From an uncultured Planctomycetaceae bacterium (lineage in GTDB: Bacteria > Planctomycetota > Planctomycetia > Planctomycetales > Planctomycetaceae), in the NCBI GenBank assembly GCA_963815195.1, contig CAWFGE010000023.1, positions 448,001 to 512,000 of the forward strand: DNA of 64,000 bases, given 5' to 3'. Position 1 is the first letter of the stretch; every line of letters starts with the position of its first letter. Below the pieces are notes generated by a model. The model searched no databases and was not told the DNA's origin. It saw only the letters and a list, made by a program, of their open reading frames with translations. Below are positions 22,960-33,090 of this stretch, piece by piece. The position numbers and the translations under genes were made by a program.

Positions 22960-24210
22960 TTAAGACAGGCCGGAATCGTCGAGGTTGGGAAGGTTGCCGT
23001 TGTCCCAATCGTTTTCGAGCGAGAACACCGAATCGCCTCCGGTCAGGTCTTCGCCGGTGCGGTTGAGGACGGCGGGGCAGACCACGGGCGATTTCTTGAC
23101 TTCGATGGTGAGCGTCGGCCATTCCTCGGCGGGAGTCATGAGTTCGATCCCCCGCTCGCTGAGCAGCACCGAATCCCCCAACACCGCCGGCCCCACGGAG
23201 GGATGCCAATAGAGTGCCATATGGGAATCGAGCCGGAACGTGCCGCCCGGCACCAGGGGGACTTCCGCCGGGCTGTAGCCGATGACCTCGGCCTGCGAAG
23301 CCAACTGCCATTCGCTGGCGTGGCCGAACTTCTCATAAATCCGAGCCACCCGCTCCCAGACGTCTTTGAGTTCCCAACCCGGCAGGGAGAAGTGCATGCC
23401 GGTGGCGTGAATCAGCGCGGCCGTCTGGTGGGCGGTTTGAATTTCCGCCGGGATCGAATCGAAGCACACGGTGCGCGAGGCCCCCACGCAAATTCCCCAC
23501 CGCCGGCCGATCGCGGAAATCGCGCAGGTGCGGTCGATCGGACGCCCGTCGAACGACCAATGCCGATACCGACCGCGCCGGCCTTCCGCGACCACCTGGA
23601 TCAATTCGGGGATGATGCGGTGCTTCATCATGCGGTGCGCGACTTCGGCGGCGACTTCCGCTTCGGTCGCTCCGCGGGGAAACCGCCGGGCGGTGGCTTC
23701 GACGGCATGCGCGACCGCTTTGCCCATCTCCCGCATCCGCGCGCATTCCAGTTCGGTCAGCGGCAGCCGGAGCTCCGCGAGTTCAGAAGAGACGTCGGTC
23801 ACCCCCGCCAGCGGAAAATCGCCCGCGACGTTTCGGCCGCGGACAATGTCTCCCATCAACTGCTGCCGGGGCTGATGCCAGGGCCGTTCCTTGAGTTGAA
23901 ACCCCAGGCCCGGCAATTCGTGATCGAACAACAGCGGCGAGTTGACGTTGTCCGTCACCAGCACCCGCGCGTCGGGCGTGATGAAAATCGCCGCCGCGCT
24001 TTGCGAGGAACCGCCCCGCGAGTTGTCGCCGCCCGCCGTAAACCAGGCGAAGTTCGCCGGCTGTTGGAGCAGAAGGGCATCGTAGCCGGTCCGCTCCAGA
24101 AACTCCGCCACAATCCGTTGCTTGGCGTCGACATCGCCCGCGCGGTCGGGATTCCGCCGCGCCGGGATCTCGGCTTCGGATTTGGAATGAGTCAGCGAAA
24201 CGGTTGACAT
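22960..24210 (-). CDS. M24 (creatinase/prolidase-fold) family protein lacking the metal ligands
   Basis: DALLLQQPANFAWFTAGG N-domain, TEAEVAA, GASRTV; the usual D/D/H/E/E ligands are not recognisable. Confidence 0.75.
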   Translation of the reverse strand: MSTVSLTHSKSEAEIPARRNPDRAGDVDAKQRIVAEFLERTGYDALLLQQPANFAWFTAGGDNSRGGSSQSAAAIFITPDARVLVTDNVNSPLLFDHELPGLGFQLKERPWHQPRQQLMGDIVRGRNVAGDFPLAGVTDVSSELAELRLPLTELECARMREMGKAVAHAVEATARRFPRGATEAEVAAEVAHRMMKHRIIPELIQVVAEGRRGRYRHWSFDGRPIDRTCAISAIGRRWGICVGASRTVCFDSIPAEIQTAHQTAALIHATGMHFSLPGWELKDVWERVARIYEKFGHASEWQLASQAEVIGYSPAEVPLVPGGTFRLDSHMALYWHPSVGPAVLGDSVLLSERGIELMTPAEEWPTLTIEVKKSPVVCPAVLNRTGEDLTGGDSVFSLENDWDNGNLPNLDDSGLS

Positions 24211-24372
24211 GAGCAATCCTCGATGGTGGCCCGACGGTCAGCAATAAAGGAACTCCGGAAACCAAGCGTTCTCTTGTGAGACAATAACCGTCGCACTACT
24301 TTAAGTTTACCACGCCGCCCACCACAACCAAGCACTTCCGTCAAAAACTTTCGCGCCCAAGGGACCCTCCCA

Positions 24373-24862
24373 ATGGCCCGGCAGGAATCCGACCGCGAAG
24401 ATCTGATGCGCGAAGCGAAAGCTCTCGCGCCGCGCGGAATTCCTATGCCCCGGCGAAGCGGAACTCGTCGTCGCCGGTTTTTTCCGAGATGGCCGGTTGG
24501 CGATTTATTTCGGCCCCGATCCTGTCTTTCAATTCGATAACGGGCAGCGGCTCCGGCGGGCGTATGTCGCGGGTTCTCTGTATCGCACCCAGGGAGAAAC
24601 CCTGGCCCGGTTGGTCCGAAAGCGCTCCCAGGACCAAACCCTGCTCCTCCGCCACGACTTGGACCCCGCCGAATTGGAAGCCTTTCGCACCTCCGCAGTC
24701 AAACGCCTCGTTGGGCTGCGAAACGCCCTCGCCGAGAACACCGTCAAAGTCACGGCGCAAATTCCGGAAGAGGAAAACTTTCTGCCGGATTTGAGGCAGG
24801 CTCTGACGGCCGTCTTGGAGCACAATCTCCCGCTCGCCCCACGCATCCCCGGCAAACGCTGA
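24373..24862 (+). CDS. Hypothetical protein; apparent frameshift near 24435
   Basis: MARQESDREDLMREAKAL continues as EFLCPGEAELVVAGFFRDGRLAIYFGPDPVFQFD...LRRAYV in the adjacent frame. Confidence 0.65.
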
Positions 24863-24891
24863 GCATTTTTTTCTTAAACGGGATCCTTCAT

Positions 24892-25035
24892 TAGCCGCAG
24901 GACGCTAGCCCCGGTTCGGCCCGAAAACCGGACCTTGTCGCGTTCAATGCTAACCTTACTCTTGCGCACCGCATCCTCCGGAACGCGCCTGCGTCCAGTT
25001 CGCTCCGCGAAAACCGGGGCTACGCCCGGCGGCTA
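24892..25035. repeat. REP-like inverted pair (TAGCCGCxGGxCGCTAGCCCCGGTT family)
   Basis: Arms TAGCCGCAGGACGCTAGCCCCGGTT and AACCGGGGCTACGCCCGGCGGCTA; related copies at 39794-39857 and 60566-60644. Confidence 0.75.
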
Positions 25036-25249
25036 GTTTTTTCAACCCGAGAAATCATGCGCTGGCGCGTTCGGGCTGATTGCCTCCCATTGTTGTTTTT
25101 TGGGAAAAGTTGGGAAAAGCGCTGTTGACTGTATGGGCGTTTTGTTAAGCTATAAATTCTCTGTACCCGTTTCACATTTTCCTGACCGCTATCCATCGTC
25201 TCGGCTCTGAGACTCCGTACTTCCTGCGCTCCATGAGGAGATTTGACCC

Positions 25250-25723
25250 ATGGCACCGAAACCCGTTCTGGCCAAAAACATCATGGTCACGAAACTCGTG
25301 ACGCTTTCGCCGGACATGGATGCGTTTGAAGCGATCGACCTCCTCCTCAAGTACCGCATTTCCGGAGCCCCGGTGGTCGATTCGGAGCGGAACTACCTCG
25401 GCGTGTTTTCCGAACGCTGTTGCATGAGCTTTCTGGTGGAGGGGGCCTATCAACAGTTGCCCTCGATCCAGGTTTATGCCTACATGGACACCGAGGCGTT
25501 GACCATCGACGAGGACATGGACCTGTTGAGCATCGCGCAGATTTTCATCAACACCCACGCCCGCCGGCTGCCCGTGCTCAGGGAGGGAAAACTCGTCGGC
25601 CAAATCAGCCGCCGGGATGTGCTGAGCGCGATTCATGCGATGTGCGCGTTCGCGAGCAACGAAGAGTCCGCGCTGTTGTATCTGAGTTCCCTCGTCGAAC
25701 GCCACGAAGCTCCGATCGCCTAG
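25250..25723 (+). CDS. CBS-domain pair protein
   Basis: ISGAPVVD...GVFSERC and RRLPVLREGKLVGQISRRDVL; GAGGAG RBS upstream. Confidence 0.9.
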   Translation: MAPKPVLAKNIMVTKLVTLSPDMDAFEAIDLLLKYRISGAPVVDSERNYLGVFSERCCMSFLVEGAYQQLPSIQVYAYMDTEALTIDEDMDLLSIAQIFINTHARRLPVLREGKLVGQISRRDVLSAIHAMCAFASNEESALLYLSSLVERHEAPIA

Positions 25724-25752
25724 CCAGGAAAGTCGGCGACTGAAAACCGCTC

Positions 25753-28744
25753 CTATGTCACGGCGGGTTCATTTCGCGCGCGGAGGGCGGCGTAGAGGAA
25801 CTCGTCGATCGCTCCTTTCCAGAGTTCGTTGATATTGTTCGCCGTCACCCCAGTGCGGGCGTCGCGGACCGAAGGCCTGGGCCGCAGCGTGTATTTGCGG
25901 ATGATGTCTTCCACCTGCACGGCTTCCTGCGATTCGGGATCCTCGCCGCCGGCCTCGAGCATTTGCCGATAGGCGAGTTCCGAATGCAATAAGTCTTCCA
26001 CGAGCGGGGCGGCCTCTTCGGGAGAAAGATCGCTCGTCGCCGAGATGCTGGTGGCGGACGGGCGGTGCGTGGCCGTCACCTTGGATCGGTAGCGTTTGCA
26101 CCGGAGACCCCGGCCGTGCGTTTTTTGCTTTTCGAGGGAAACCTCGGACGGCGGGATGTCCGAATCGTCGCTGTCGGCCACCGGCAGCACCCGGACTTTG
26201 ACGAACTTCGACTTCTTCGCGTGCTTGGGCGTCCGCCCGTAAACCATCTCATGCATCCCCGCTTCGCCGCGGAGCATCCCGAAGATCGCCACGCCTTCGA
26301 CCAACAGCGTCAGCTGCCGCGTCTGCTTGGGCGAGAAGAGTTCCTCATCGATAATCTTCGCCTCGAAACCTTTGAGCTGCGCCCAATGGATGTACATGTC
26401 AGCGACGTTTCCCACGAGATCGTCCGGGGCATCGTCATCGACGGTCGAAATCGCCACGAACGCATCGCTGCGGTCCAGTTCGCTTTGACACTCCAGGCTG
26501 AACCGCACGAGGTCGGCGTGCTGTTGGCTGTGGGCCGCCTTCTCCGCGACGGCCGCGAGCTTGTCTGCGTCGCCTTGGCTCTTCGCCGACTCAAACTGCC
26601 GCACCAATTCCTCCGTGCGCTTCCGCACGCGGGCGACGGCTTCGAGCAGGCGTTCCAGCCGATAGATTTCCCCCAGCACGTCGCGGGCTGCTTCGGGATC
26701 GTCCCAGAAATCGACCTCGGTCGTCCGATGCAAGAGGTCGGTCTTTTGCTGCTCGAGCTTGCGGTCGGCACATTGCTGCTCCAGGTTCGCGATCGCGGTT
26801 TGCAGGAGGGTGATGCGTTCTTCGATCTGGCCGGGCTTGAGCTTGCTCTTGGTGCCGTGGATCGGATCGACGACCTGCACGCCCTTGGCGATGGATTCCT
26901 GTTTTCGGCTCAGGCGGTCCTGCACGATCCGCACCGTGATCCCGTTCCCCGCCGGCAACAAACGCAACAGCGACTGCCGGTTTTCGCCGGTCATATGCAC
27001 AATCTGCCGGGCGATGGGCAGGAGCGCAAATTTCTCGACGGCCCGCTTTAAGGGTCTGGCTCCATAGATCGGACTGAAACCTTCGCGGACGAGAATGTCG
27101 ATCACGCCGGGGTCCACATCGACCCGCAATTCCCGCCGGGTGATGCCGCTGCGGAGAAGCACCTGCCCCAGTTCCCGCTGGGCCAGAATCCGCACGTGCT
27201 CGCGCTCCAAAGGCCTGAAGGAAACAATGCGGTCGATGCGGTTCAAAAACTCCGGCCGGAAGAAACTTTCCATCGCCCGCACCGATTCCTCCTGCAGGCT
27301 GTTTTCGGGCGGCGTATGGAAGCCCAGGGGCGGAGCATCGATCAAATCGCTGCCCAGGTTCGAGGTCATAATGATGATCGTCTGCGTGAAGTTCGTGGTC
27401 CGGCCCGCGGGATCGGACAGCCGCCCGTCGTCGAACACCTGCAAAAGAAGATCGAAAATATTGCTATGGGCTTTTTCGATCTCATCCAACAGGATCACCG
27501 AGAACGGTTGCTGGCGAACCCGGCTGAGCAGGCTGCCCATGTGGAGCGGCGAATCCGCCCGCGCCGGGGCTGCCGATGAATTTCTCGAACGAGTGAAAAT
27601 CTTTGAACTCGGACATGTCGAAGCGGATCATGCGGTCGCTCGAGCCGAAGATGAACTCCGCGAGCGCTTTCGCGAGTTCCGTCTTCCCCACGCCCGTCGG
27701 CCCGACGAAAAACAGCACGCCCATTGGCTTTTCGGGATCGGTCAGGCCGGCTTTGATGAGCGTGATCAAATCGATCACCGATTCCACCGCCTGCGGCTGG
27801 CCGATGACTCGCGACTCGAAAAACTGTCGGACCTCGGGGAGCTTGAGCGGTTGCGAATCGTCCAACAACCGTCCCGGAATGCCGGTGAAGGATTCCAGCG
27901 TCTGCACCACGTCTTCGTGCTGGATTTCCGTCTCGAATTCCGCCGGCAGCCGTTCTCCGTTGGTGGCGGCGGCGGTGTGGTTCAATTTCAAATTGACGAG
28001 TTGCTCGAGGAGTTTGATCGCTCCGCCGGGCGCAGCGAGGCCGGGGAAATAGAGTTCGCCGAAGTCCAGAATCGCGGTCAGCGTGTTTTCCGGGAAGATC
28101 AGCTTGCGGCCGGATTCCAACAGGGCCCGCTCGGCGATGGCGTCGGCGGAGCGGCGAACGATCTGGCGGACGTCCTGCTCGGACGGTTCCTCGATGCGGA
28201 ACACCGTGAAGAGCTTGTTGAACGAAGGATGGCGTTCGATCCCGCTGCGGAAGGAATCCGGCGTGCATTCGCCGATCAGCGTCACGTCGCCGTTCTCGAC
28301 GAACGACGCCAGGAACGCGGCCATGTTCTCGTCCGACTTGGAATGCTTCCCCGCGTCGGGGAGTTGATGGATGTCGGTGAAATACACGGCGATCGACAAC
28401 GGCCGCTGGGCGAAGCCGGCCAGTTCCTGCACGCGGGTCTGCCATTCGCCGATGTACGAGGTGCCGGCCATCAACATGGAGGTCGAGGTCTCGAGCACGA
28501 GCCAGGGTTTTCGTTCCCGCTGAGCGACCCGGCGGAAGAGTTCGTACAAGATGGCCGACTTCCCGCCACCCGATGGGCCGACCAATAAAAACGAATTGTG
28601 CTTGGCGTGGTCGAGGTGGCGTTCGAGGAGTTCAAGCTCCGCATCGCGAAAATAAGCCCGCGGCCCGCGCGAATCCTGCAAACGGGTCGAGAGCACGTTT
28701 CCATAAGGTTCCAGCGTGCGGATCAGATCGGGATCGAAAGACAT
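25753..28744 (-). CDS. ClpA/ClpB-like double AAA+ ATPase fused to a C-terminal degenerate RF2-like release-factor domain; apparent frameshift near 27555
   Basis: D1: GPSGGGKS, AGTSYIGEWQTR, IGECT; D2: FVGPTGVGKTELAKALA, RFDMSEF, LLDEIEKAH, IIMTSNLG, FRPEFLNRID, YGARPLKR; then DFWDDPE...MYIHWA...GEAGMH...THRPS...IRKY...VRDARTG...GAIDEFL. Confidence 0.85.
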
Positions 28745-28879
28745 GGCGGGAAGAGTCAAGGGGCAAAGGCCACAGAGGAGCAAAGACCACAAAGTGACAA
28801 ACGGGAAGCGATCGAACAACACCGAATGAGTATATCACATCGAATGTTTGGCCGCGTGTCATTGCAAAAACCGCCCAAC

Positions 28880-29111
28880 CGCGGAGAATGGCAGAAATTG
28901 CCCCCTTAACTACTCAAACTCAGGGGGGGTGAGGGTGGCTGGGGCGCACAGGAAGGGATCAAGCGAAAAACGCGTTTCGAACGCTGGGGCCATGGGAGTG
29001 ATTTCTCTCGCCTCCATAGCCCCAGGATTCGCTGGCCTCACTTTATCCCGAGAGAAATCTGCGCCCCAGCCACCCAGTCGCGGAGAATGGCAGAAATTGC
29101 CCCACTTAACT
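28880..29111. repeat. REP-like palindromic element flanked by a ~32-bp direct repeat
   Basis: CGCGGAGAATGGCAGAAATTGCCCC(A)CTTAACT at 28880-28911 and 29079-29111; inverted arms at 28933-28948 and 29060-29075. Confidence 0.85.
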
Positions 29112-29125
29112 TGGAGAGACCCACC

Positions 29126-31303
29126 ATGACCGCACGCTCCGAAGCATCCCGTTCGATTGATCCCGCCGCCCAACACGCTGCCTTTCTTCTCATCTGCCTG
29201 TTGATGGGTTCGCTCTTTCCGAACGCGGCGTTCGCTCAATTGGACACAAGCCGCGGCGACAAGATGATCGCGGAATACTTTCGCCGGGAGACCGAAAAAC
29301 TCACCCGGCAATCGCTGGCCGAAATTCAGACTCGCGAGGATTGGGAAAAACACCGGGGCGAATATCGCCGGCAACTGCGGGAAATGCTCGGCCTCGATCC
29401 TTTCCCCGAAAAGACGCCCTTGAAGCCGGTTGTCACCGGGACTTTGGAAGCGGATGAGTTTGTCGTGGAGAAATTACACTTTCAATCCCGGCCCGGGTTC
29501 TACGTCACCGCGAACTTCTATAAGCCCAAAACCTTTGAAGGCAAACTCCCCACGATTCTTTACGTCTGCGGACACGGCGGGAAAAAGAAGGATGGCATGA
29601 GCCTGGGCAATAAGACGACCTATCAGCACCACGGCGAATGGTTCGCCCGCAACGGCTATGCCTGCCTGACCATCGACACCGTGCAACTCGGCGAGATCGA
29701 AGGCCTCCATCACGGCACTTACCGGTATGGGATGTGGTGGTGGAATGCGCGGGGGTATTCCTCGGCGGGCGCGGAGGCCTGGAACTGCATCCGCGCTTTG
29801 GATTATCTGGAAACCCGCCCCGAAGTCGATGCAGACCGCCTCGGCGTCACCGGGCGGTCCGGCGGCGGGGCTTACAGTTGGTGGATCGCAGCGCTCGATG
29901 AACGCATCAAAGTCGCCGTGCCGGTGGCGGGGATTACGAGTTTGAAGAACCACGTCGTCGATGGCTGCGTGGAAGGGCACTGCGACTGTATGTATCCCGT
30001 CAACACCTACCGCTGGGATTTCGCCCAGGTCGCGGCCTTGGTCGCGCCCCGGCCGCTGCTCATCTCCAACAGCGACAAGGACCGCATCTTCCCGCTCGAC
30101 GGCGTCGTGGATGTGTACTTCAAGACGCGGCGGATTTATAAGCTCCTGGGAGCCGAGGACAAGATCGGCCTCCAAATCACCGAAGGCCCGCACAAGGACA
30201 CGCAGAACCTGCGGGTGCACGCCTTCCATTGGTTCAACGAGCACCTCAAAGGCCAAAACCCGTCGCCTTTGATCGAAACCGCCGCCAAGCCGTTTTTCGA
30301 CCCGGCGGAGCTCGCGGTGTTCCCGCCGGGCGAACTTCCCCAGGATCAAATCAACACGAAGATCCAAGAAACCTTCGTCCCCCAAGCCGCCCCGCCGAAA
30401 GTTCCCGCGTCGAAAGAAGAGTGGAACAAACAAAAAACCGAATGGCGGCAGGCACTCGAATCCCGCTGCTTCCGCGGCTGGCCGACGGACGAATACCCGC
30501 CCGGCGAAAAGCTGGATTTGAAAGAAGCTTTTTCCGCCCTGAAAGACGGCGTGCGGCTGTCGGCGTATGACTTCACCAGCCGGGATGGGATTCGACTTCG
30601 GTTGTACGTGGCCCACAGGGATGGGCTGAAACCGGAGGAATTGAAGCTCGCCGTGCTGAATGTCCTGGATGCCGAGGCTTGGAAGAATTTCGTCGCGATG
30701 ATGCGGGCCGGTTTCCCAGAGCAGTTTGCGGAGGAAATCTCCGTCGCAAAAAACGCGGAAGAATTTGCACAAAACAAGAAGATGTTCGAGTCTTTCCCCT
30801 GGGCAATGGCCTACATCGCTCCGCGGGGCATTGGGCCGACGGCTTGGAAACAGGATCAGCGATCGCAAACCCAGACCCGCAGGCGGTTTATGCTGTTGGG
30901 CCAAACCTGGGACAGCATGCAGGTCTGGGACCTTCGCCGGGCCGCCCAGGCGCTCCGCAACGTGAAAGGCATGAAAGACACCCAGCTGTGGATGCAGGGC
31001 GAACGCAATATGGCGGGGATCACGCTGTACGCGGCCCTGTTCGAACCGCATGTTTACCGGCTGGATTTGTGGAACCTCAGCCAAACCCATCGCGACGGGC
31101 CGATTTTTTTGAACGTGCTCCGGTTTTTGGACATCCCCCAAGCCGTGGCGATGGCGGCCGAGAATTCCCAAGTGCGGATTTATCAAAAAGACAAAACCGG
31201 CTGGGAATTCCCGCAAGAAGCCGCCAAGACCCTCGAATGGGATTCCAAGCAGATTCAAATTCGCGAAATCCCCCCGCCTAAGCCCGAGTCGGCCGGCCGC
31301 TAA
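29126..31303 (+). CDS. Secreted alpha/beta hydrolase (acetylxylan-esterase/S9-like)
   Basis: Signal peptide ending AFA; LYVCGH; RALDYLETRPEVD; nucleophile GRSGGG; ALVAPRPLLI. Confidence 0.85.
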   Translation: MTARSEASRSIDPAAQHAAFLLICLLMGSLFPNAAFAQLDTSRGDKMIAEYFRRETEKLTRQSLAEIQTREDWEKHRGEYRRQLREMLGLDPFPEKTPLKPVVTGTLEADEFVVEKLHFQSRPGFYVTANFYKPKTFEGKLPTILYVCGHGGKKKDGMSLGNKTTYQHHGEWFARNGYACLTIDTVQLGEIEGLHHGTYRYGMWWWNARGYSSAGAEAWNCIRALDYLETRPEVDADRLGVTGRSGGGAYSWWIAALDERIKVAVPVAGITSLKNHVVDGCVEGHCDCMYPVNTYRWDFAQVAALVAPRPLLISNSDKDRIFPLDGVVDVYFKTRRIYKLLGAEDKIGLQITEGPHKDTQNLRVHAFHWFNEHLKGQNPSPLIETAAKPFFDPAELAVFPPGELPQDQINTKIQETFVPQAAPPKVPASKEEWNKQKTEWRQALESRCFRGWPTDEYPPGEKLDLKEAFSALKDGVRLSAYDFTSRDGIRLRLYVAHRDGLKPEELKLAVLNVLDAEAWKNFVAMMRAGFPEQFAEEISVAKNAEEFAQNKKMFESFPWAMAYIAPRGIGPTAWKQDQRSQTQTRRRFMLLGQTWDSMQVWDLRRAAQALRNVKGMKDTQLWMQGERNMAGITLYAALFEPHVYRLDLWNLSQTHRDGPIFLNVLRFLDIPQAVAMAAENSQVRIYQKDKTGWEFPQEAAKTLEWDSKQIQIREIPPPKPESAGR

Positions 31304-31510
31304 TTTTTCGTACAGAGCGGGTTTTCGGGGATTTCGCTCATCCGAACCGGGCCGGTTTGCGTTCTCTGAACGACTTTTCCCCAAATTTCAGGGGATTATC
31401 GGCCTTCAGACCCTCATATCCGGCCAAGGAATGAGAAAACTCCCGCGGATTTCGGTGAGGAACCGGGAATAATCCGGCCCCCTTGCGGGTCCTACTTGTT
31501 AGGAAGGACT

Positions 31511-32056
31511 ATGGACAACGGCAAACGCTCTGCGAAGTGTCCCACTCTGCCGGAATTGGTGGACGTTTATTACGAACGTCTGTACCGATTCGCCTACCGG
31601 CTGAGCGGGTCCGCGGCGGATGCCGAGGATTTGACCCAACAAACGTTTCTCAGCGCCCAGACGAATCTTCACCAACTCCGCGAACCCGAACACGCCAAGT
31701 CCTGGATGTTCACCATTTTGCGGAATACCTATTTGAAAGGACGCCGAGCCCGAAAAACGGCGGACGTGGTTTCGCTGGAAAAGACTCCGGAACCGTCGGA
31801 AACGACGGACGAAGCCGCGCATTTGCGGATGGAGGAACTTCAGTCGGTCTTGGACGAGTTGCCAGACGAGTTCCGCGAACCACTCGTCTTGTTCTATTTT
31901 CAGGAGTTCAGTTATAAAGAAATTGCCGAGCTGTTGGAGGTGCCCCTGGGCACGGTGATGAGCCGGCTGGCCCGTGGGAAGCAGCATCTCCGCAAACGCC
32001 TTGCGGGCGAAGAAGCGGATTCGCTCACGACTCCCGCCCACCAGAAGAAACCGTGA
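31511..32056 (+). CDS. ECF-family sigma-70 factor
   Basis: LYRFAYRLSGSAADAEDLTQQTF; SYKEIAELLEVPLGTVMSRLARGK; AGGA RBS. Confidence 0.93.
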   Translation: MDNGKRSAKCPTLPELVDVYYERLYRFAYRLSGSAADAEDLTQQTFLSAQTNLHQLREPEHAKSWMFTILRNTYLKGRRARKTADVVSLEKTPEPSETTDEAAHLRMEELQSVLDELPDEFREPLVLFYFQEFSYKEIAELLEVPLGTVMSRLARGKQHLRKRLAGEEADSLTTPAHQKKP

Positions 32057-32193
32057 TATTTTGTCACAGCCGAAGACGCTCGGAACCCTTTTACTGCTAT
32101 AAGTTTACAGTTCTTCACTTTGTTCATTGACGAAGCCTCCGGTGGAACGTGGAGGGTTTGTCAATGAGGGACATCGATCGGAAAGAAGGCATT

Positions 32194-33001
32194 ATGGACC
32201 GCCCAACCGCTCTCGACCTGCTGGAAGTCGTTCGCCCGGATGCGGACGATCTCCACGATCTGGTATTCGAGGAGGCTTTGGCGTATCTGGAAACGGATCC
32301 CGAGGCGGGCGAAGAGTTTGCGCCGGCGGGACCAGGATCGGCAAATCGCCGAGGCGATGCAAGAGGTCCCGGTGCCTGGGGATCTCAAGCAGCGTTTGGT
32401 CGCGGCCCTCGAAGAGAATCCGGTCCGCGTGCCCGAATCCTCCCCCGGGGAAAAATCTCCGGTGCGGCGGCGATGGATGCTCTCGGCTTTGGTGGTGCTC
32501 GCGAGCAGTCTTTTGGCGGCGGTGGGGATCTGGCTGTTCTACGAACCGGAACCTCGATTGCTCACGGTGCAAGAGTTGGAAAACTCCGCGCCCTACACCG
32601 AGGCCGAGTTCGCCCGGCTCCAGGCGTTCTCCGGGCCGTTTGAACCGCGCCTGCCGGAAGGTCTGTGGGTGATGGATCGGCGGTTTCATTTTTCCTCTGC
32701 GAAGGGCTTCGCCCCGAATCCGGAAGGGGCCGACCGTGTCGCGGTTTACGAGTTCCATTTTCGCGATCCCCGGCAGCCGCGGGCCGGCGTTTTGAGGGGC
32801 GTGTTGCTCGTTTTGCCGAAGTCGGGACTCGAAGCGGCTCCCGAAAGCCAGTCGTTTTTCGACGGCACCTACACCACGACCCAAGCCCAGCCCCGCGTGG
32901 CCATCCGCGCGTGGACGGAGCGGGACCGCGTGTATGTCTGCCTGGTGCCGATGGCCGACTTCGATGCGCTCAGCCGGGCTTTGGAATCCACCCACGCATA
33001 G
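32194..33001 (+). CDS. Putative membrane anti-sigma factor; apparent frameshift near 32325
   Basis: Follows the ECF gene; DRQIAEAMQEVPVPGDLKQRL motif, single TM helix, extracytoplasmic domain. Confidence 0.65.
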
Positions 33002-33090
33002 CCAAACTCGCCGGGGCAATTTCCGCAAAATCCCCCCAAGCGTTCGTGATGGTCAGGATTTCGGGCGAGATTTTGCCGTGCCATAAATCC

